Positions 10,553-18,469 of a stretch of DNA of 18,469 nucleotides are shown here, in pieces. Each line of letters starts with the position of its first letter. The stretch's first letter is position 1. The notes beneath the pieces were generated by a model. The model was given only the letters and a program-made list of their open reading frames with translations, ran no database searches and had not been told where the DNA came from. This stretch comes from Ginkgo biloba (Eukaryota > Plantae > Ginkgophyta): assembly GCA_024626585.2 (NCBI GenBank), contig JANKJI020000004.1, positions 53,821,125 to 53,839,593 of the forward strand. Reading direction: 5' to 3'. The translations under genes and the position numbers were made by a program.

Positions 10553-10692
10553 ACAACATAAAATGACTTTAACGTAAATATTTAGAAAATGGCATAAAAA
10601 TGCTATACGCACTGTAAAATTCACAACATCAAATGACTTTAATGTAAATATTCAGAAAATAACATTAAAACGCTATATGCACTCTAAAAATC
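10553..10692 (+). repeat. 70-bp tandem duplication (2 copies; may extend into the N gap)
   Basis: acaacataaaatgactttaacgtaaatatttagaaaat… at 10553 and acaacatcaaatgactttaatgtaaatattcagaaaat… at 10623. Confidence 0.85.
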
Positions 10693-10854
10693 AATGCATT
10701 AAAACGCTAAGAGAACACTAAATAGAATGTAGAAATAATAACATAAATATCATGTGTAAATTTGCGAAAACATCTTGATATTGTTAAAAAAAATAAAAAA
10801 TAATGCCAAGAATCATAAAAAAAATGTCGATCATGATAAATAATTAAAATAATT

Positions 10855-10892
10855 ACTTAATTAAGTGACTGTGGGTTTGGTCCCACTAGGCG
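10855..10892 (-). promoter_or_regulatory. tRNA-Arg-type primer binding site (extended) of a minus-strand LTR element, or a tRNA 3'-half remnant
   Basis: Minus strand CGCCTAGTGGGAC matches the plant Gypsy PBS TGGCACGCCCAGTGGGAC (the TGGCA would fall in the N gap). Plus strand resembles the tRNA-Arg(UCU) T arm and acceptor stem. Confidence 0.6.
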
Positions 10893-11380
10893 NNNNNNNN
10901 NNNNNNNNNNNNNNNNNNNNNNNNNNNNNNNNNNNNNNNNNNNNNNNNNNNNNNNNNNNNNNNNNNNNNNNNNNNNNNNNNNNNNNNNNNNNGGCACTAT
11001 CCAATTTATGTCTCATGATGGTTGGTTAAGAGCCCCCCCCCAAAAAAAACAACAACGACAACAAGGCAAGGGCCAACTTGGCAGCGATCTAGTCGGGGAC
11101 AACAGGGCAATCTTCGTCGCAATGGAAAAGACTGATATAAGAATAATGAGGTAGTAAGATATAAAAATGATGATATAGAAGACTGACAATATAGAGAAAG
11201 GATGTATAACAAGAACGAAATATAGGAAGAAGGACAAAATAAGAAGACATGACGGAAGATGATACATAATAAGATGCATTAAAGAAGGCTTATAAATCAT
11301 TCACGGGTAAGGGAGTAGGGTTGATCACTAGTTACCCCCACCCAATACTTGAGCCCCCTTAAAAAAATTTTCACATCTTG

Positions 11381-11483
11381 CTTGAGTGAGGACACTCAAG
11401 ATAATAGTGTTTGTTTAGATGTTAGTAGGATATTCGTGACAGGGCAATGATGTGGCATTGACATATGAAATTCAACAATTATG
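11381..11483 (+). repeat. AGGA hairpin, decayed PPT and start of an LTR (TGTTAGT at 11420), similar to the boundary at 2965-3006
   Basis: CTTGAGTG-AGGA-CACTCAAG perfect 8-bp stem; AGATGTTAGT is shared with 2997-3006. Confidence 0.55.
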
Positions 11484-11829
11484 NNNNNNNNNNNNNNNNN
11501 NNNNNNNNNNNNNNNNNNNNNNNNNNNNNNNNNGTATAATTAGCTTAAGAAAGATGATGTGGTGGTCCAATTGATGATGTCATCCCTAAAAGTACAACAA
11601 CAACAATAATGATGACATTAGCACTTTACAAGCACATTTATGATAGAAATTGGTTCATTTATTATAGTAGCAAGTATAGTTTCACATCAACCCTAGGTTG
11701 AGATTTGATTATTTTGTCTTGTCACCATAATCCTACTAACATTACTAATGTTGCCCCAAAGTTGGATTCAGTACCAACAAATTGGCTAGGGACCTTGTTG
11801 ACTGCCTATTGAATTGCAGATGGTCATGT

Positions 11830-12580
11830 TGATGAACGATAAAGTTTTAGTTTTGAGTCGTTCACTAGGCCTTCTCGACTAGACCTGTCTAGGTTTACAA
11901 GTTGTACTGTGTCATTTTCATGACTTTTACCACAAATGGTTCCAATCATCTAATTTTCAACTTGTTGGGCTTCAATGCAGATTAGCTATCGTATTGCAAC
12001 ACTTGGGTTCCAACTTGAATGTTATGTTGTTAGAGATTCTAATCATGCCAGTATTTTCACTACTTAGCCACTAATGTCACCCTCTAAGCTATTAGTGGTC
12101 ATTCATCGAGCAACAAAAAATTCTCTTGTTGTTGTTGTAGACTTGTGACATCATCCAACTAATTTTCTAGTGGAATAGACCAAGGCATTACTAGTAGTGG
12201 CATCATGGCTTCTTGCCCATAAACCAATTGAAAAGGAGTGTACCTCATGGTTACTTTATAAGCTATTTGAAATGTCCATAATGCTACTGAAAGCATCTTT
12301 GCCTAAACTTTTCATCGATGCCCCATGTCTTATACAAAGTCTCCACCAACAAATTATTTGTTGCTTTGCCTTGCCCATTTACTCTGGGATAATACATGCT
12401 TGATTTCTAATGAGTATTCTTAAACTCGATTGTCAATTGTTGAATGATGTGATTAAAAAAATGGTTTGGCTCAATAATTAGTTAACTTTATGGGGCAATC
12501 AAATTGAGGAACGACACATTCATATAAGAATTCTACAGTACTTTGTGCCACATTAGCAGATAGTGCATGTGCTTCAACCC
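11830..12580 (-). mobile_element. Gypsy integrase core and C-terminus remnant (same family as element at 1-2300)
   Basis: Minus strand: VEAHALSANVAQSTVEFLYE..YYPRVNGQGKATN..ALWTFQIAYKVT..TPFQLVYGQEA..KPNKLKIR*LEPF..GLVNDSKLKLY. Confidence 0.92.
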
Positions 12581-13879
12581 NNNNNNNNNNNNNNNNNNNN
12601 NNNNNNNNNNNNNNNNNNNNNNNNNNNNNNNNNNNNNNNNNNNNNNNNNNNNNNNNNNNNNNNNNNNNNNNNNNNNNNNNNNNNNNNNNNNNNNNNNNNN
12701 NNNNNNNNNNNNNNNNNNNNNNNNNNNNNNNNNNNNNNNNNNNNNNNNNNNNNNNNNNNNNNNNNNNNNNNNNNNNNNNNNNNNNNNNNNNNNNNNNNNN
12801 NNNNNNNNNNNNNNNNNNNNNNNNNNNNNNNNNNNNNNNNNNNNNNNNNNNNNNNNNNNNNNNNNNNNNNNNNNNNNNNNNNNNNNNNNNNNNNNNNNNN
12901 NNNNNNNNNNNNNNNNNNNNNNNNNNNNNNNNNNNNNNNNNNNNNNNNNNNNNNNNNNNNNNNNNNNNNNNNNNNNNNNNNNNNNNNNNNNNNNNNNNNN
13001 NNNNNNNNNNNNNNNNNNNNNNNNNNNNNNNNNNNNNNNNNNNNNNNNNNNNNNNNNNNNNNNNNNNNNNNNNNNNNNNNNNNNNNNNNNNNNNNNNNNN
13101 NNNNNNNNNNNNNNNNNNNNNNNNNNNNNNNNNNNNNNNNNNNNNNNNNNNNNNNNNNNNNNNNNNNNNNNNNNNNNNNNNNNNNNNNNNNNNNNNNNNN
13201 NNNNNNNNNNNNNNNNNNNNNNNNNNNNNNNNNNNNNNNNNNNNNNNNNNNNNNNNNNNNNNNNNNNNNNNNNNNNNNNNNNNNNNNNNNNNNNNNNNNN
13301 NNNNNNNNNNNNNNNNNNNNNNNNNNNNNNNNNNNNNNNNNNNNNNNNNNNNNNNNNNNNNNNNNNNNNNNNNNNNNNNNNNNNNNNNNNNNNNNNNNNN
13401 NNNNNNNNNNNNNNNNNNNNNNNNNNNNNNNNNNNNNNNNNNNNNNNNNNNNNNNNNNNNNNNNNNNNNNNAAATGTTTTAGTGTGTTCACCTACTTTTT
13501 TTAATATTAAATAAAAATTATTACTAAATTCACCAAATTCTATATGAGTTAATAATAAAATATTCATTTTTCTTGTTATTTTATTAAAATAATAATCATC
13601 ATTTTATATAGTGTATAAATGTGCTAATAAGTTTTGAAAAATAAGTCATTCCAAAAGAGCATCCCTACTTTTGATTAGTGAGAAAGACTCTTAAAGACTA
13701 AAATGTTTGATAGAAAATCATAACATTATTTGATCTTATACATGTTGATTTAGTTTTAAAGAAATACACATTCGATGACATAATAATTCCATCCCTAAGA
13801 CTTAGAAACTAGGTGCCAAGACATGACCAATTGCATGAGAGTGGACTTGTTCATCCATTATAAATAATTATTACTAAAC

Positions 13880-15600
13880 TATTTTGGGACCATAGTTATA
13901 AAATTTTGGAAGATACATTAATAATTGGACAATAGAATAGTTTGTTGAAATATCATTGGCGCATTGCATAGCCCAAAAAGTATTTTATCCTAGGCATAGA
14001 TTCCCTATTAAGATACAATGCGATGTTTAGTCTGTCATCTTCAACAATGTTAGTCTTGTTGTAGCCCATAAATCTATCCCATGCCTGCCCACTTCTTCTA
14101 AGATGTTATTTGCGAAAATTGGAAATGGATCCTTCTTCATCACCACATTCAATTTATAGAAACCCACACAAATCCACAACTTGCCATTCTTTTTCGGTGA
14201 AACCACAATAGGAGAAACCGAATCACGAGTACTCACCTTAAAAATGATTCCTACATCCAACATCTTCATTATTTCTTGTTCTACCTAAATTGGATACTTA
14301 GCATTTGGTATAAGCTAAATTTGATGCTTGCACAGTTTGCTAGGCACTCCCTAATAACAATAAGTCCATACAAACACATTGTTGTATTCTTTGAGTTTGT
14401 TGAGTGTAGCTACTTTGAGTGTTGGTCCAATGTACTTCTTTCATTCCCAAATTGATCACTGTTATTATGAGGCCCTTGTACCCTATGTCTTACTTTACTA
14501 CCAAAAGTCTTGTCTCCAATACTAAATTGCTCTTGCTTGTCATAGCCATGGTTTCCCAAATAATAGAGAGCAAGTTTATGCTCCCAAAGACATGAGAATT
14601 ACTATAAAATCATCTTAGAAAGTTTAACTATTGATAAAAAATAATTTGCCCCATCAATAGCTTGTGGGGCCCCACTCAACTTTGATCTACCATCCTTTGA
14701 TGAAATCTTGAAGGCCAAAGCTTCAGTCGGCAAGTTGATGGCATATAGTTTCCAAGATGATGTTGACTTGTAATTCATCCACAATAGGGCAATCATCACT
14801 TTGATAGTGATCTTTGTTGTATGATCTTCTTGAGCTGATAGAGAATCCACATTAGGAATATTATCTATGATTGCATCATTTTGAATTGGTATTCTTGTGA
14901 TTGCATACTTAGCCATAATTGTAAGTATCATCGAAGTTTGCACAATTCTAATCCTTTTTGTTTTCTCTAGGGCTTATTGATCGAAGGCTTCCACTTTATT
15001 CAGAATGGATGCAACTAATGTAACCAACTTGATCTGCAGTTTGGTCATCATGATCACTCAGACTGCACCATTTGCACAACCTTGCACTATTCTATTTTTG
15101 ATATGGCCAGTCTCTTAGAAAATGTCCCCATTCTGAACATGTATAACATTGAATGATTCAGTGTCTTGGCAAGTCAAATAATTTTTATTCGTTGGAAATT
15201 TTGATTTGTCCTTCGATTTTGGTTGGAACAAACATTTTCGTAACCCTTTCCTTGATCTTCACTCCTTGCATTACGCTTTTGAGGTTATGCTTTGCTGTCA
15301 TTAAGATAGACTCAAGCATCTTGTGTTTGGCATTTATTCTTGGCATTATAATCGCATCATCTGTCTTGTGATTTTTTTCTTACAAAAGTTGTAATACTTA
15401 TGGGGTTTAGGGCATTCACCTTCTAGATGACCTTGAACTTCGCACTTCGTTTACCAAATGTTGATAGGACATCTCCTCCATTATTCACAAATGCCTTGAT
15501 TTAAGGTTGCAATAGAAGTTGGTTCTTCATCTTCCTTTGTACTCGGGGATTGCGCTTGCCATGACTTGATCTTTTTTTATGTTGAGATGCTTGAATAATT
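13880..15600 (-). mobile_element. Degenerate Gypsy gag (multiple CCHC knuckles), protease and N-terminal RT
   Basis: Minus strand: knuckles at ~15456-15350 and 15148-15035; AIIDNIPNVD protease-like motif (~14875); MLDVGIIF..VSPIVVSPKKNGKLWICVGFYKLN..KKDPFP and ILFGLCNAPMIFQQ RT motifs. Confidence 0.9.
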
Positions 15601-15898
15601 GCAATTCCCCTATCCTCCATGATAGAGATATTAGAAGATAACATAAATAAGGGTTCAAGGATCTTATCAACCGAGATGATACATATCTTTAGGAAATTAC
15701 TAGTACACACTCATGGCAATTTGCCACGGGTGCGTACCCCTTCCCTGCTCGCACCCCCTGNNNNNNNNNNNNNNNNNNNNNNNNNNNNNNNNNNNNNNNN
15801 NNNNNNNNNNNNNNNNNNNNNNNNNNNNNNNNNNNNNNNNNNNNNNNNNNNNNNNNNNNNTTGGATGTAAGGTATTAGTGTGATACCTTATGAGTTGG

Positions 15899-16176
15899 TG
15901 AAAGAACTAGGGTGTATTAATGGGTTTTGGGGTAAGCCCAGTCAGTGGGTGTGGTTAGCGGAATGGCCAAGGAATACATGCATTGGGAATTTCCAAGGGA
16001 ACAAGGTTTGTTGGGTCATACAATAATAAAAGAGAGAGCCAAGAGTTGGGTGGTCCACATTGACCAAATACACACATACACACATGAGTGAAGGGTTGTG
16101 TCCACTTGTGGGGATATGACCTTCCCTCTTTGACTACGCAACAAATAATTAACCCTTGGTTAATTATTTTGTTGCA
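15899..16176 (-). repeat. Putative 3' LTR of a chromovirus (~278 bp; TGCAAC…TTCTTTCA)
   Basis: Begins immediately after the minus-strand PPT AAAGAGTAGAGGAGTA (16192-16177); candidate end CTTTCA at 15899 is inferred. Confidence 0.55.
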
Positions 16177-16720
16177 TACTCCTCTACTCTTTGAGAGCAA
16201 TGTCCTCATTGTTTGTTTGGGCAAGGAAGTTCTTGACTAGGGATGGATATGCTTGGAATTCTTGTTCAGTATTGTCAGGTTAACTCCTTTACTAGATATC
16301 CTTCCCACTCGTTGGGGTATTTATTGATGGCTCTCTTGTGCAAGGTTTTTGTTTGTTTGCAAATAATATTGGTGGCAGTTGCAAGTACGATCATATTTGT
16401 GTCGAGGAACATAGGTACGAGATCGTTTGTTGTGTCGAGTAGTGGGGTATCTCTTAGTAGTAATGTGTAAGACAAGAGATATGGAAGGTTGGATGCACTT
16501 TCCCCTAGTTAGATTGTAGGTGTACACAACTTGTGGGAGAGTCCTTTCAAATGATTTTGAAGGGTCCATAATATTGGGGTGTAGAGGGGTGGTTCCTTTG
16601 TATCAGAGTGAGTTGACATGGAGGAGGACTTCATCGTTGCTATTAAATTCTTTGTGTTGAAGTTTTTTTTAAGCTTGTGCTTTGTATTTTCATTTTCTAT
16701 TAGTTGCTACTTGGGAATTC
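16177..16720 (-). mobile_element. Chromovirus (Ty3/Gypsy) integrase C-terminus, chromodomain remnant and PPT
   Basis: Minus strand in shifting frames: KEFNSNDEVLL, YYGPFKII, VHPTFHISCL, then IICKQTKTLHKRAINKYPNEWEGYLVKELT*..AYPSL (cf. chromodomain YLVKWxGxPxEEATWE..YP). Confidence 0.8.
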
Positions 16721-16744
16721 TGTACTTGCACCATGGCCAATAAT

Positions 16745-17068
16745 TAAATTCCTAGAACAAAATAAGCCACCGATTAAATTCTATGTGAATGATCGGCGTA
16801 TTGACAAAATATCATAAGTTGGAAAAAAAATTGAAATGTGTTGGCCAATAAAAAATGGCGAAACTTTTGCACGATATAGATCATGCTGAGGCCCTCTTGT
16901 TCTATGGTACTATAATTTCGTTCAATATTTTTCAACCTTCTACTAGTGAAATGGATTGGATGATCAGACTTATTCACTTCCTCTTGTGCTAATGTACAAT
17001 CGATAGCAAATTTAGGTGTATCAACATGAATGTCAAAATCCGCATCCCAATATGGGAAAATCAAGGTG
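16745..17068 (-). mobile_element. Gypsy RNase H remnant (same family as 680-1050)
   Basis: ORF 16774-17064: FPYWDADFDIHVDTPKFAIDCTLAQEEVNKSDHPIHFTSRRLKNIERNYSTIEQEGLSMIYIVQKFRHFLLAN. Confidence 0.93.
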
Positions 17069-18288
17069 NNNNNNNNNNNNNNNNNNNNNNNNNNNNNNNN
17101 NNNNNNNNNNNNNNNNNNNNNNNNNNNNNNNNNNNNNNNNNNNNNNNNNNNNNNNNNNNNNNNNNNNNTTCTTCATTGTATTTACACAGCCCATTGTACA
17201 TATTAATACAACAAAATCAACCGTTGGACTCCTTAACCCTTGGATTTTTCAACTATTCGTATTCCCCAAAACCCATATGTCATTTAATGACCTTACATTT
17301 ATTAAATTAACCTAAGTCCAATGTCCCCAACATTAAGTCATAAATTAAACATTACATATCTAACAAGAGAGTGGAATTCAGGGAGTAGGATTGTAACTGG
17401 CTACCCAAAATAGGAGTCTAAAAACCATTTTGTCCCTTTACAACAGGATTGAGTTTTAGTTGTAAGATTAGGTATTCTTCACCACCTGAAGACACTGCAG
17501 GAGTAGACTTTCTCTTTTGTCTGGATAATTGTAAACACAAACAATTATCTTTTCTATTTACTTATTATAAGGAATGGGACTTAACTTGAGATCTCCTCTC
17601 CTAAACTAACCCAAAAGAACTTCAAACTCAATGTTCATGAGACTCTAGGAGAGGCTTTCACGTAGCATCCTTGGGAACAATCATCCTTAGAGGCCTCTTT
17701 GTCTGCATACTGACTATTGTTTATAGCTGTTTTTTCAATACTGCCTGTCTTGTTGAAGAGGAGAATTCTGCCAGTCTCATATTTGACTGATTTTAAAATG
17801 TTTAAAGTACTCAGTTCTCTATGGTTGAAGTCACAAGCATAGCACACTCTCCAAATCTTCACTTTATTTTGTGGAATTCTATAACCTGTTTTATGCAGTT
17901 TCGTGAAGAGCAAAGTGACCTTTCAATTACCTATTGGATTATCTACTCCTTGTGTATATACTTAAATGGCTGCAAGCAAGGGCTTTCAACCTTTAGCCAG
18001 GATTGTTTTTGCTGGCCTATTGTCTGTGGCTGGGATTGGTACTCTGAAACCCTGTTCATATTGTTGCAAATTGCCTGCCATCAATTGATCTGCAAGCAAC
18101 ATCTCTCCAGCATTTGAACTTGCAGATTCAAGTTGTCAGTGTGTTTTTTAGGTATGTTAAACAATTGTTGCTTAAAGTAACTAGTCAGATACTTGTTCGG
18201 ACAACGGGTTTAGCATTTGAAATCTGATCCAACTTAAGTGCCTGTGTTGTGGCTACAATCTGAGCCTTTATGTCAAATTTTCATCCAG

Positions 18289-18466
18289 GAATTGGGATCA
18301 ATTTGAAACGAACAAGGCTTTGTTTGGTGTAAAAAGCACATTTGATGAAGAGCTATACACTACAAAACTTGAGAGGGGACCGCAGATGAGAGATCGAGAG
18401 AGAGAGGCGTATAGAATTGCTCGAGAAATTGAGGGACAGGCAACCAAGAACTTTCATTTAGCAGAG
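18289..18466 (+). CDS. CID3/CID4: Internal coding exon of an Ataxin-2/Pbp1-like polyadenylate-binding protein-interacting protein (LsmAD domain)
   Basis: Acceptor TTTTCATCCAG| at 18288 and donor GAG|GTA at 18467. One nt plus 59 open codons: [59 protein letters not shown], the hallmark LsmAD motif (WDQF..N..LFGV..F.E..YTT.L…RIA.EI…H.AEER). Missed by the ORF track. Confidence 0.95.
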
Positions 18467-18469
18467 GTA

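Noticed and set aside
10820-10892. Functional tRNA-Arg gene
   Set aside because: 5' half and D arm absent; anticodon and T-loop degenerate.
12533-13567. Long ORFs of 305-344 aa (and similar X-filled ORFs at 9352-9853 and 17016-17315)
   Set aside because: Artefacts of translating N gaps.
15712-15760. GC-rich short inverted repeats (TGGCAATTTGCCA; GGGTGCG…CGCACCC), possibly a DNA-transposon end
   Set aside because: Truncated by an N gap; no partner terminus or target-site duplication visible.
1-17068. An intact, active retrotransposon or a prokaryotic RT-based system
   Set aside because: All domains carry stops or frameshifts, no paired LTRs with target-site duplication are visible, and the RT motifs are LTR-retrotransposon type.
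17635-18117. ORFs 17635-17913(-) and 17821-18117(+)
   Set aside because: No recognisable motifs; T-rich intron-like sequence upstream of the real exon.

Overview
Eukaryotic (land-plant) draft-assembly scaffold with many N gaps. About 17 kb is a patchwork of nested, decayed LTR-retrotransposon remains. Most are non-chromovirus-type Ty3/Gypsy pieces (RT, RNase H, integrase, Gag zinc knuckles, protease) on both strands; there is also one chromovirus 3' end (integrase tail, chromodomain, PPT, LTR) and several LTR, PPT and PBS remnants. All are broken by stops and frameshifts. The only clear host coding sequence is a 178-bp AG/GT-bounded exon at 18289-18466 encoding the LsmAD domain of an Ataxin-2/Pbp1-like PABP-interacting protein (CID3/CID4 family), so the TE pile probably lies in one very long intron. 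A large-genome plant, possibly non-angiosperm, is an inference. I cannot demonstrate a new biological system. The best leads are a CpG-rich, stop-free 257-bp island unlike its surroundings, a perfect 34-bp templated inverted insertion in an integrase, a PBS-like match extending over the 3' half of tRNA-Arg(UCU), a four-knuckle Gag, a stem-AGGA-stem hairpin repeated upstream of three PPT/LTR boundaries, and a minus-strand segment with consensus splice sites. All translations and alignments were done by eye; element boundaries are approximate.
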